Shown here: piece by piece, positions 25,368 through 37,937 of the stretch | Numbering within the stretch: position 1 is the stretch's first letter | How the letters are laid out: each line of letters opens with the position of its first letter | Assembly (NCBI GenBank): GCA_964016885.1 | Contig: OZ024742.1 | Coordinates: 343,914,001 to 343,978,000 of the forward strand | Source: Eledone cirrhosa | Lineage: Eukaryota | Direction: 5' to 3' | Length of the DNA: 64,000 nt | Program-made: the position numbers and the translations under genes | The notes under the pieces: model-generated | Told to the model about the DNA's origin: nothing | Seen by the model: only the letters and a program-made list of their open reading frames with translations | Databases searched by the model: none

Positions 25368-25632
25368 GTGAGGAAGATGAAAGACCAAGGGAGCACCCCT
25401 TCTCTGTGCTCCTGAGGAGAAGGGTTGCACACTTTTTTCGGGGGTGTGTGCGACCCCCCAAGGCGCCTCCTCTCTATTGAGGATTTTGTTAAAAATTTTA
25501 TTTTTTGTTATATCTTATTTTATTTTTATATTTTGTTATTGCCTCCTCCTTATTGAGGACGCCTTTTTGTGTAAACTCCCCCCTTTGTACTTGTCCCACT
25601 TTTGATGCCCTAGTGGCAAATAAAAGAAATAT

Positions 25633-25638
25633 ATCTAT

Positions 25639-25698
<60 letters not shown>

Positions 25699-25699
25699 A

Positions 25700-25744
<45 letters not shown>
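25633..25744. repeat. (ATCT)n microsatellite between Tx1 copies
   Basis: Direct inspection. Confidence 0.98.
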
Positions 25745-28700
25745 CCCTCACGCGTGAAACAGCGCCGGTAAGCTTTTTTGTTAATTTCTATGCAAAAAAA
25801 CCGAACTAATTGTTTGAAAGAACATATCATTTGTAGATTAACCCCAAGCTGAATTGTCAGCTGGGTGGTAATCCCATTTTTCGCCCCTTTAGGTGAAAAA
25901 TTTAATTTAAAAATTGTTTTCAAATATCAAATTTTGCCAACTATAAAAGCTGAATAGTTTGGAAAGAATGCTAGAGAACGTCGAGAGAGAGAAGAGAGTT
26001 AGAGAGGCAGATATTAACGTTATATCTGCTTCTGCTACTATGGACGTCGCCATAGATACGACTGTCAACAAAGAGGAAAAAATATTACCACTTGAAGATT
26101 TTAAAATATCTACCGTCGAAGCGGAGAAAAATAACAATAACACACAGGAAAACACAGGAATTAAACCTATTAACATACATACACCTGAAAAAGACAACAT
26201 CAACAACTCCACAGATACATCTACACATAAAGTTTCACCTCGTCAAGGAACTGAGATTTCCAACACCGAGGCTAACAACAATAACAACAACAAAACAACA
26301 GCAACACCACACAAACAAATGTCTTTCGTTGAAACAGTGAACAAAAAACAAGATTTTATAAATCTTGACATCTCCAATGCAAGAGATATGCTCCAGCAAT
26401 GGAGAAAATTTGTAACTTTCGAAGGCAAGGGTGGGTTTAGAATTAACTCACCCCTCGAAATAAAAGAAGAGACAGTTCGGAGGACAGTGACCTTTAGGAC
26501 TGTCTCCAACATAATGAAAAAGCCGATATTTGTTAGTCTAGCAGATGTAGAAGCTACCTGTAGTAAGACGCCTCACGCTCCTTGATAGAACAACGCCGGT
26601 TGAGAACGCCAGAAAGAAAAGTCAGACAGCCACTTGAAAGCCGACTGATCACACGCCAGAAACCAGCCTCTGTACAACACCATTGTTTGTGCTACATCAA
26701 AAAATAAACGTATATTTCATCTCTAATTTCTGCTGTTGAAATAATTATTATGTCACTCGTATCTCGATAACATCTACAACTAATACTGCTAAATACCTTC
26801 AAGGAGACTCTAGCAAATATTGACTTTCTCCAACGAGGAAAACAGTACGGAAGTGTTTCCGTACTGTTTAAAAGCGAGGCACTCGCCCAAAATCATTCTG
26901 TGACACCAATGGTGTCAAAAGCATTCACCTTTTTCCCTACGTACATGGGAAAAGGACACAAAAAATAAAAATATAAAATATACCACCAAACATTAACATC
27001 TGGTGGATCTAGGCTGGCTTCGTAGAGCCAGAGACTGATATGATTCTTTCGATACGAAAGTCTATTAGACAAAGGTGGGCGGGTACTGATTTGGAGATTC
27101 TGATTCCAATGAGGCCGGAGAGAATTTCCAAAATACCCGAAAAAGTCGTCATCGACGACAACAACAAAATAAACATTACGGTGGAGGGTCGAAATCTTCA
27201 TTGCTTTCGCTGGGGTAGCACAGCACATCTAAAGGCCTCCTGTCCTTCACAAACACACCACAACAACATAATTAAAAAAACACTATTACCAACACCAACA
27301 CCAAAACAACCACCACCACAAGTACAACAACAGACGAAACGTACAAACACATCAAAACAAACAGCCACTCATTCAACAACAACAGAAAAAACACAGACAA
27401 CACCCCTGAAGAACGCAGCCCCACCCCATTCCACTCCATCAAATACTACCACAAACACACACCGAAACACCACCACCACACAACATACCCCTACCCCACA
27501 CTCCTGACGATGATTATTCAGCGACAGATGAGGCTGCTTCTCCTTCTTTATGTGAAGAAGAAGAGCCTCGGAAATCTAAAACCCCAAAAAAGAGACATCA
27601 AACCCCCAAAACTCCAATCACTAACACCAACACACAACCACAGACACAAACAACAACACAAACAACACCACAGTAAAACATCCCCCTACCAACAAAACCA
27701 ACACCAACACCACCCCAAACACAAGCACCTACCATAAAAAGAAAACTCCTGGACAAACAACAAACTAAAACAACACAACAAAAACACAAACAACAATACG
27801 CATACATCAACACAAACAACAAGAGTTTGATGGAGGTCATCTCCCGAAATCCCAAGGTGGAGACGGAGGGCAAAATTTTCGTCAAAGCAGAATCGTCTCC
27901 ACACCTTAAACTTATAAGGGTTTCTATGGAAACCTATAGTGACCTGAAAAATAAATTTTCACAGGACGTGAGCAACCCTTGCTAGAAACCCACCAACCGC
28001 GTCCTATTAAAATGTTTCCCCACCCCATCCAACACCCCATCCAGCACCCAAATGGAGATTGAACAACCCGATCTCCAGGAAACGAAAAGGTAAGTGCACC
28101 TTTTCGTCCTTCTTCAACTTTACTTCACCAACATGGCTAGTTTACGAGTTGTAAGCGTGAATGTGCGTGGCCTAGAGATGGCCTGGAAACAGGGCCAACT
28201 TTTAAACGACCTTAGGTCACAAAGTATGGATGTGATAGCCATCACCGAGTCCAGGATCCACAACAGGCAGCAACTAACCCCCATCTTCGACGACTTTGAG
28301 ATCTACGCATCTCTCTGTCAGCCAGGAGGTGGAGGGGAGTGGCTGTTATGTTTCGGAAGAACTTGGACGTCGAAGTACAGCAAGTACACTTGGACCCGGA
28401 AGGTAGACTGGTAGTCCTATACGTGAACAGTATTGGAGGTGGAGCCTTCAGACTGGTGGCCGTTTATGCCTCGACCGGGCAATCGCAATCACGGCCAGAC
28501 TTCTTTAAGCGTCTAGAGTCTTTTCTGGGAACATCTCGCTCCTTACTTTTTGTGGGGGACTGGAATGGTATCCTATATGCACGATGGGACTATGTGGGAG
28601 CATGTCCCAGTAGAGGGTGGTGCAACAGCCTCAAAACTTTAATCGGCCAATTCCAACTGGCCGATAGGTATCGACTGGATTTCCCGACTGCACCATAGTG

Positions 28701-31640
28701 GACATGGGCAAACCGCAGCAGGACATCTAGATCGTATTTTGATAGGTTCTTCATTAGAGAAAGGGACAAGGAGATGTTAAACTGTCCACGAATGCACATG
28801 GTTGCCTACTCAGATCACAAATTAGTCGTCTGCTTAATCAATCGTGATAGAATACATAGACAGGGACCCGGATACTGGAAGCTGAACGTGTCGTTGCCGG
28901 CACGTAAAGTTTACAGTGAACAGATAAGTAACTAGTAAAGCAACAGTTAACGGGAGCCATCGTCAACAATAGATGGTGGTACTCTCTCAAGAAATGAATT
29001 AGAGTAGAATCGATAGAGTTTAGCAGAGAGTTAGCTTTAGAGAAAAACAAAATAGAAAGAGAACTAGTAGCCAAGGTAAAGGAGGCACTTAGAAGTGGCA
29101 ACGCGTCTAGAGTGTTAGCGTCGAGAACGGCACTAGACCAGTTCTTCGACGCGAAACACGAAGGCTGCGTGGTCAGAAGCAAAATAAGTGCTCTAGGAAA
29201 CGAAGGAGCGAAAGCTGTCAGCTGGGCCCGAGTGGCGGAGGCAAAAAGTGGCAACAAGTCCACGATTCGATCTTTGAAAGACCAAAAAGGGACGCGTGCT
29301 ACTTGCCCCAAACAAATGTGCGCGGCCTTTCAGCAGCACTCTGCGCGACTGTTTGAGCAGAACGACGGTGAGCCGAACGGGGTAATGGACTTTAGTTCAT
29401 ACCTTGACGGCCTGCCGCGTCTCTTGAACACCGACGCCGAGTTCTTCGAAAGACCGATCACGGACACTGAGATACGGGACGCTCTTTGTCGCTGCGGGAA
29501 ACGCAAGTCACCCGGTCTAGATGGTCTACCCTATGAGTTTTACATAGGCATGCCAGACTTGTTCTCTGGCGTCCTCGAAGCCGTCTACTGCAATTGGCAG
29601 CAGAACGAGAGAATTCCCAGTTCTGCAGGCAAGGGCGTAGTGACGCTGATCAGGAAAGACGAGAACAAGGAGGACGAAATTTGCAACTACAGGCCCATAA
29701 CTCTGCTCAACACAGAGTTAAAGATTTTGGCCAAGGTGTTAGCGACGAGGTTGGCGCATGTCGTCGAGAACCTGGTAGGGAAAGCGCAAACGTGTGCAAT
29801 CCCGACCAGGTCCATACATGACAACCTCCACCTCATGAGATACATCATAGAGAGGGTGGGTAGAAAACCCGGCTTCGGTGGGGCTCTGATCAGTCTAAGG
29901 CATTCGATAGGGTCACCCATCGATACTTGGAAGCGGTTCTCAAGGCGGCCGGTTTCGAGGTGGATCGAGGTGATGCACACCAGCATCTGCTCAAGGGTCA
30001 AGGTTAACGGCTACCTATCGGAGCCGTTCGCAATCACGTGTTCCATTCGAAAGGGGTGCTCTCTCTCCTCCATTCTGTATGTATTGACTCTTGAGCCACT
30101 ACTGCGGAAATTGGAGCTGTTGCAGGGCATCCCTCTAGAACCGGGACTGCGCAAAGCGGCGTCGGCTTATGCCAACGACGTAACGGTAATGGTGTCGAGC
30201 ACCTCGGAAATCGGGGTGATCGGCAACTTACTGAAAGAATACGAAACGCTGACAATAGCAAAACTAAACTCAGACAAGTCTGTCGGTTTGCAACTCGTAC
30301 GTGGAGAGGCAAACCGATGACATCCGACAGCGTCGTTGGACGCTGGACGGACGGACCGGTGAAATTGCTCGGGGTCTGGTTCGGTCCAGACCTTCAGGTG
30401 GAGAAAAACTGGAACGAGGTCACGGCCAAGGTGTTTGCACTCACTCAGAAGTGGGCAGAGTGCAAACTGTCCTTGAAAGGTCGAGCGGAGGTGGCGAACA
30501 CTTTCATAGCGTCCGTCATCTACTACCGCTTGACTGTCGTGCCTTGTCCCCGTGAACACCTCGCCAAGATGGAACGAATGCTCTTCCAGTTTCTGTGGAA
30601 GAAGCAGGCTCCGCCGGTGAGGAGATCCGTCTGCTGTCAGCACCCTTCCAACGGAGGGCTGGGATTGCCGTGGCTGATGATGAGCAAACATGCACTGAGG
30701 CTGCGGCATCTCCAGGTATTCCTCACCGACCCTCAACCAGTGTGGGCACTGTTTGTGAGATAGGCTCTCCCACAGCTCATCTCGCTGACGGAGCTGCAGT
30801 TCTGGGTCAAGAAAAGACTGGAAACGATGGGCACCTGGCACATTGGATGCGCTCAGGCGCTGACAGTCCTCTGGCAAGCGGGCGCAGCAATCAGTGGAGA
30901 CTCCACTTTGACATTCTATAGAGGGATTGTGCGTTAGAACGGCGATGACGTGCTCGGAGAGACTCTGGGCGTCGAAGACGATGAGCTCACCAGTCTGTTT
31001 GGTAGGACTTTCCGCTCGGTGTACAAGATGCGCGCAGGACATTGAAACCGTCCTGCACGCAATTGTACACTGCCCGGGCGTAACCGATCTGTGGAACTAT
31101 GCAGAACAACTGCTGTCGCGTATGGGACAAATCCAGTTGACTGTCGAGTCGATAGTAAGGATCAAACCGCCAGTTTGATCCTTACTATCGAGTCGACAGT
31201 TTTCCTCTGTACAGTGGCTATGGTGAAAGATGTTATATGGTGGACGAGATTGTGAGGACTGAGGACAGATGCCTTTCTCTCCGGACAACAATTGATTCCC
31301 TTCTTAAAGTATCACTTTAGAAGGAGAATCAGAGTGGAGAGAGAGGCACTGCACCCCAGTAAATTTACTGAAAGGTGAGTTAATGAAGCGAAAATGGCCC
31401 GAGTGATTGGGCCTTCTCTTTTTATAAGCCTGTAGGTTAAAGAAGAGAGCAAAAGGAAGGAGTTGAGGGTTGTTCTATCGACGGGGTATTAAACAACCCA
31501 TTTGTGGCGCTTCTCTCCTATTGAGGATTTCGATTATTGTAATTGTTTGTTTTATATTTTTTACACGACTGTATGTAAAATCCCCGGCATGTCTTTGTAT
31601 TGTCCTCTTTTCTTGTGCGCCCTTGTGGCAAATAAATAAA
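25745..31640 (+). mobile_element. L1/Tx1-clade LINE, subfamily A copy 2, full length but disrupted
   Basis: From 27250 onward colinear with 7385-11953; ORF2 from ATG 28133 to TAG 31435 with stops, frameshifts and deletions; followed by (ATCT)n at 31644-31700. Confidence 0.92.
26559..26793 (+). mobile_element. Probable solo LTR (235 bp) inserted into Tx1 ORF1
   Basis: 4-bp TSD TACC (26555-58 and 26794-97); ends TGTAGTA...TGCTAAA; internal AATAAA. Removing it restores DVEAT|FKETLANIDFLQRGKQYGS. Confidence 0.75.
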
Positions 31641-32019
31641 TTTATCTATCTATCTATCTAACTATCTATCTATCTACCTATCTATCTATTTATCTATCTA
31701 GTAGGCATATTTGTGTGTATGTGTGTAACAGTAACTTAATAAATTGCTCATTATTATCCTGGCACAATTTGTGTGACTTCCTCAATCTACTGGCATTTGG
31801 ATTCATTTAATTCATTTCTCTAATCATTACCTTTACTCGTGAATGAAGATTTGTACATCATTGACTTTCTAGAAGTTGTTGATTATGAACCAACAATGAA
31901 TACACAAAACGCTTGGAACTTCTTTAAATATGCTGCAAAATTACAATAATGTCCTATAATTAAGCGTGTTGAATCAGTATAGTGTATGCCGGAATGTTGT
32001 TCAACGCTTTATTATATTG

Positions 32020-32180
32020 CTATGCGGTGAATTGGCAGAGTCGTTAGAATGTCAGGTGGAAAATGTCTGTGGTATTTGTTTCGACTCTCTGCTCTCTGAT
32101 TTCAAATCCTGCCGAAGTCAACTTTGACTTTCATCCTTTCGAGGTCGATAAAAAAAGTACCAGTCTGGTACTGGGGTCCA
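32020..32180 (+). mobile_element. tRNA-derived SINE, diverged and partial
   Basis: GCGGTGAATTGGCAGAGTCGTTAGA...TTCAAATCCTGCCGAAGTCAACTTTGACTTTCATCCTTTCGAGGTCGATA. Confidence 0.75.
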
Positions 32181-32249
32181 TTCTTCCTCTATATCTCTTT
32201 CTCATTTCCACTCTTTCTCTCACTTCCTATCTTTTTCTGGAAGAAATCT

Positions 32250-32815
32250 GCTGTACTCAGGCTTGGAGAGGGATAGGCTCCGCCAGGCTTAAAGATGGCC
32301 AAGAAACGCCGTATATCAGGAGTTACGGGAACATACACACATATTATATTGGTGCCACAAGACAATGCATGGAATATACTCCGTCAAATGGTTGGAATTA
32401 GGGAGCGTATTTCATCATTAGAAGTTGTTGAGATGACACTTCAGTCATATCACGGACTTGACAACCTGTCTAGTGCTTATGCCATGATAAAACGGACCCA
32501 CTACATTCTCTACAGTATCTATACAGTAGGAAGAACATCGCTTTGTAGAAACAATGCCAAAAGAGTTATGATGACCCTCCAGTTTTGTCAAGCGCCCGAA
32601 AACCTCTCTAATGCTGGTACCACGATCAAACACACCAATACACTCTGTAAACTGTAGAAACGTACATAATTGAAGGCGGGTGACTATCACGTCTGACTAT
32701 AACGAACTGTCCTACTGAGGCTAGCATGGGGGGAAATAGCGTTAAACGCTGCTGCTGATGATGATGATGATGATGATGATGATGTTGGTGATGATGATGA
32801 TGATGATGATGTTGG

Positions 32816-32847
<32 letters not shown>

Positions 32848-32985
32848 GTGGCGATGATGATGATGATGATTATGATGATGATGATGAAAATGATGATAAT
32901 GATGATGCTCATGATGGTGATGATGATAATGGTGATTATAATGATGGTGCTGCTGCTGCTGCTGATGATGATAATGGTGATGATG
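32250..32985 (+). mobile_element. Degenerate LINE (RTE-like) 3' end with expanded (GAT)n tail
   Basis: GCTAGCATGG...CGTTAAAC followed by (GAT)n at 32755-32985; weak coding remnants upstream. Confidence 0.4.
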
Positions 32986-33190
32986 GTTTATACTGACAGT
33001 TGTTTATATATGTGGCAAGATTTCAAAATAAACACCTTTTCTCCCCACAATATACTATCTTCATCAAATCTCTCTCATATGATTAAGCCACAATTTACGG
33101 TGTTTGTTACTACAATACCTTTACAAATCAACCAGAAGTTACGGGTCCATATATACATACATGCATACCTACATACAAACATACATACAT

Positions 33191-34456
33191 AAGGGTTATG
33201 AGATAAGCAGGTAGGCAGAGGACTAACGTCAGTCCAGACAGCATTTGAATGTCGCATCATATCCCTCCGACAACATTTACGAACCTCAAAGCGTAGGAGC
33301 CCATCTATCGAGCAAATCTATCTGCATGACATAAAATATGAGAGTTGGGAAGGAACTCCTTGAAAGATATTCCCTGCGTGATAATCAAAAATTTACACAC
33401 AGGGAAGTTGCTCAGCAGTACCGCAGTGAATCCATGGATGAAAAACTGCATGCTTATCATAAAAAAATCATGCATGGATATGTTGCCAGGAAGCTCCAGA
33501 GTGAGAGTAATATAGATAAGGAAAGTAGTCTATCTTGGACCAACAACCGCTCTATTGGCTCCCACTTTAAAGGATACGCTTTTGCAATCCCCAAAACAAG
33601 AAATCAACACAAAATACCTGATTCACAAAAGAGATAGGAATGGAGGCAAAACACATAGATGAGACAACAAGTGCAGACTCTGCAGAATTAACAACTGTCC
33701 AAAGATGTCATCGCGGTACTATCTACCTATGAGGCATGATGTAGTGGTCAAAACACTGTACGATGCAATCCGTAGAAAAGATAGCCCCGATAATAAACAC
33801 ATTAAAAGTTACAGCAATGTGAAAGACATACATATGCATAATATGAAAGAGTACTGGTTCCAATCAAAACCCCAATAAAATGCAGGCATAACAGACCAGA
33901 TATAATGATATGGGACAGGAAAAAGAAGGCATGCACAGTAGTGGAAGTTAGCTGCCCAGCATATGCCAATATAATATTAAAGATTAGCGAAAAGGAGAAT
34001 ATTTATGCAGAACTGATGAGAAATCTGCAGATACTCCACCCTGACTATACCTTCAGATTTATGCCTGTGATTATTGTGGCACTGGGGTATGTTAGTAACT
34101 GCCTCAATACAAATCTTGAGAAGCTGGGATTCACAGAAACAGAAAGAACACAACTAGTTAGGAAATTACAAGTACAATCCATTAATGGAACAGTAAAAAT
34201 ATGTAAAACATTCCAAAAATTCTGCATCTAATACATGCATATACACATGTACAGATACAAAACATATACACATGCACACATACAACTCAAACTATACACA
34301 TCCACACATACAATAACATCCATATCTACACATGCATGCATACAGGATCTACCTAGTTGATGTTGTGTTAATTCCAATAAGAGAGTCTTGTGTCTATGTT
34401 AGAAACCGACTCTCATTCTATTGAAAAAATTTGTGAAATTATAAAAGCAGAAGAAA
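33191..34456 (+). mobile_element. R4/Dong-type RLE LINE, 5'-truncated, in (ACAT)n
   Basis: Remnant motifs GRGL, KCRLC, RHD, HNRPDIMIWD...VVEVSC, K..IY..L, PVII.ALG. Confidence 0.85.
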
Positions 34457-34486
34457 ATACATACATACATACATACATACATACAT

Positions 34487-35097
34487 ACTGGTGGAATGTT
34501 CCAGTAAAAACCCCAATAAAATGCAGGCATAACAGACCAGATATAATGATATGGGACAGGGAGAAGAAAACATGCACAGTAGTGGAAATTAGCTGCTCAG
34601 CAGATGCCAATATAATATCAAAGATTAGTAAAAAGGAGAATATTTATACAGAACTGATGAGAAATCTGCAGATACTCCACCTTGATTACACCTTCAGATT
34701 TATGCCTGTGATTATTGGGGCACTGGGATATGTTAGTAACTGCCTCAATACAAATCTTGAGAAGCTAGGCTTCACAGGAACAGAAAGAACACAACTAGTT
34801 AGGAAATTACATGTACAATCCATTAATGGAACAGTAAAAATATGTAAAACATTCCAAAAATGTTGTATCTAATAACTGCATATACACATTCACAGATACA
34901 AAGCATATACACATGCACACATACAACTCAAAACATACACATCCACACATACAATAGCATCCATATCTACACATGCATGTATACATACATATCTACCTAG
35001 TTGATGTGTAAATTCCAATGAGAGAGTCTTGTGTCTAGGTTAGAAACCGAGTCTCTCTCTATTGGTAAAACTTTGTGAAATTATAAAACCAGAAGAA
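34487..35097 (+). mobile_element. Second, shorter 5'-truncated copy of the same RLE LINE
   Basis: YWWNVPVKTPIKCRHNRPDIMIWD...PVIIGALG; same 3'UTR; (ACAT)n on both sides. Confidence 0.87.
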
Positions 35098-35157
35098 CAT
35101 ACATACATACATACATACATACATACATACATACACACACATACATAAATACTTACA

Positions 35158-35720
35158 TGGTGGCTGCCAACTCGTTTTCGAGTACGGCTACTACCTTATA
35201 TCCATGTAGGAGAACTCCTACCGATGCGCTGAACGAGTGTGACTTTTTAGTCCAGCCAGCAACGTGAAAACTCTGGTACACACACTACACTTGTGACAAT
35301 TACTGACACATAGTGCTAGGCCCATGGTACCATGTGACAACAAGTGCAGGGAGATCTCCAGATATAAAGCAATGCCTGTGCCGTGAAGCTTTTATAGTGA
35401 GCAAAGGCACTGCACAAAGCCAGTCCCACTCTCTTAACCATGATGATATTTACCAAAAAGAAGAACAAGTCAACATCATTGGATACCATCAGGGTTGCAG
35501 GTGTTATATCAGAGTTTTCCTTCTCCTAGAATTCTGCCTTGACAAAGGCTAAGGGGTCATCTCTCCCGGTGATTTTGGATGGCCATTAACTCTTAAGAGC
35601 TCCTTTGCCTTTTGATAGGTTTTGTTTTTAGTCCTGCAGGATGTCCAAAGTCACCCTCCTCACCAAGAAACCTTGGTGGGGTTGCCAGTTTAGTCGCCAA
35701 CGACCCGACCATGAGACAGG
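35158..35720. repeat. Unclassified interspersed repeat, partly repeated at 36200-36500
   Basis: Shared blocks ATGGTGGCTGC...CGAGTA, GCAATGCCTGTGC...CCCACTCTCT, CCTTCTCCTAGAA...GACAAAGGCTA. Confidence 0.5.
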
Positions 35721-35764
35721 TTGTACTTACATACTTACATACATACATACACACATACACACAC

Positions 35765-36165
35765 AATTATTAACCATCTTGGCAATAATAACACAGAGCA
35801 GCTTTTTGAATTCCATGTGTCTAACACCCATGGACTTGTCTTCAAAGTCAGAAAACAGTACTGCTCCCATGACTTGGAAACATTTTTTCACGCTCAGAGT
35901 TGCTGAAGTATGGAACAAACTACCTGCATCAGTTATTAACTCCCGGGACACTGTATCCTTCATAACTTCCATGCTTCCCAAAATTCTCCAACACTACACC
36001 TGATATTCCCCTCCATACATATACACGCATCTCTGTGTGTATATGGTGACTCGTCCATTTTTCACTTTCCTGACATTTGTACATTATTTTATGTACAATG
36101 CATGCATCTTTGATGAGTTGTAGTGCACCTAAACACTGTACACAATAATTTTCATTATTATTATT
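35765..36165 (+). mobile_element. CR1-clade LINE 3' fragment
   Basis: SNTHG..FK and FFTLRVAEVWNKLPASVINS are typical of the CR1 ORF2 C-terminus; (ATT)n tail. Confidence 0.75.
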
Positions 36166-36585
36166 TCCTTATACATATATACATTCATACATATATACAT
36201 GGTGGCTGCTCTGTCGTTATCGAGTATGGCCATAGCATGATATACCATTATTAATAATTATTAATTAATTCTATCGTGCAATGCCTGTGCGTGAAGATTT
36301 TTTTTAAAGTGAGGAAAGACTGTGCACTGAGCCAATCCCACTCTCTGAGCGACAGTAGCTATAACCCGAAAAGAAGAAAGGATCAACATCATCGGTAACT
36401 ACTGAGCTGCAGGTTTTATATCGGAGTTATCCCAGTTTCCTGAGTTGCCTTCTCCTAGAAGAATGCCCTGACAAAGGCTAGGGGCCGTTCACTCCCAGTG
36501 GTTTAACCAAATCTAAACACAATCGATTTCTTCCAAAGAAGGAGAGAGAGAGTGCGGAAGATAGGGAGGGAGAGGGAGAAAAAAT

Positions 36586-36658
<73 letters not shown>

Positions 36659-36659
36659 A

Positions 36660-37650
36660 TAGAAGCAAAACTGACCTCAGCACTGAACTAATACTTTTTT
36701 ATGGACCCCAAAAGATGAAACGCAAAATTTATTTCGGCGTGATTCGAGCGCAAAGTTCTCGTACGAATACCACACAGCATTCTATCTGACATTCTAATGA
36801 CGCTACCTTTTCGCCGTCTGTTTAGAGTGGATAACTTGTTGAGAAAAACAAATTAACAGAGAGTATCAAATGGTATTATTAAAACATTCAAGGGCGGTGG
36901 ATTGGCACTATCGGTAGAGGGTCGGACGCCATGCTTTGCAGAATATAGTTGCTGTCCTTTATGATCTGAGTTCAAATCCCGCCGAAGTTAACTTTGCCTT
37001 TCATCCTTACGGGGTCGATAAAATAAAGTACCAGTCACGCACTGGGGTCGATTTTATAGACATTCCCTTCCCCCAAAATTGCTGGCCTTGTGCCTATATA
37101 AGAAACCATTATTAAAACATTCAGGCGGAGGATTGGCAGTATCGCTAGAGAGTCGGACACCATGCTTTGCAGCTTAGAGTTACGGTCCTTTACGGTGTGA
37201 GTTCAAATCCCGCCGAGGTTAACTTTGCCTTTCATGCTTTCGGGGTCGATAAAATAAAGTACCAGTAATGCACTGGGATAATTTGTGACTTTGTACCAAA
37301 AGTAGAAACAATTATTAAAACATTCACTAGCAAGCTTTAACATTAGCTGTGATATACGGTAAGATGTAGACAATCCGACACGATTCTATACATTTGGTTC
37401 TATACCTTGTTCATACGAAACTTCCAGAAACCAACAGTTGTTATATAAAGGTTTCTGGTTTAGCCACAAGATCAACACATTTGGGGATAGGGGAAAGTCG
37501 ATTAGATCGAACGTAGTTCCTAATTTATTTTTTATCGACACTGTAAACTAACTTCAGTAGGATTTGAACTCAGAAGGTAAATGGCCGTAACTCTATACAG
37601 CAGAGCATGTTGTCAGACGCTCTACCGATACTGCCGAATCCACCACCCTA
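36660..37650. mobile_element. SINE cluster: 36891-37112 (+), 37123-37316 (+), older minus copies at ~36660-36815 and ~37450-37650
   Basis: A-box TGGCANTATCGG, B-box GAGTTCAAATCCC and the conserved core. Confidence 0.85.
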
Positions 37651-37937
37651 ATACATCTTTTGAAATACAAAGCTATTTGTTTTAAATTGTTTATATTTAC
37701 CTAAAAACATTTCATCTTTATTTTATGTAGAAGCCTTTTCAAGTTATCCCCCAAACCCCACCTTAATGACCTTAATGGAGACATTAGTTACATTACTAAA
37801 TCACCCCAAATTCCTGATTTTGTCTAAATTATTGAAAATCATAAGCAGCAGTGTCATTGAAAATTGTTTTTCTAAAAAAAAAAGGGCAAATGATGCAGTC
37901 ATTCTACAACGAATTATATATATTCTATACATATATA

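Larger units (their letters stand above)
19938..25630 (+). mobile_element. L1/Tx1-clade LINE, subfamily C, apparently full length
   Basis: 176-bp 5'UTR, ORF1, 24-bp spacer, intact ORF2, 3'UTR with AATAAA, then ~28 ATCT units. Confidence 0.95.

Noticed and set aside
32758-33192. Poly-Met ORF
   Set aside because: (GAT)n microsatellite, likely a retroelement tail.
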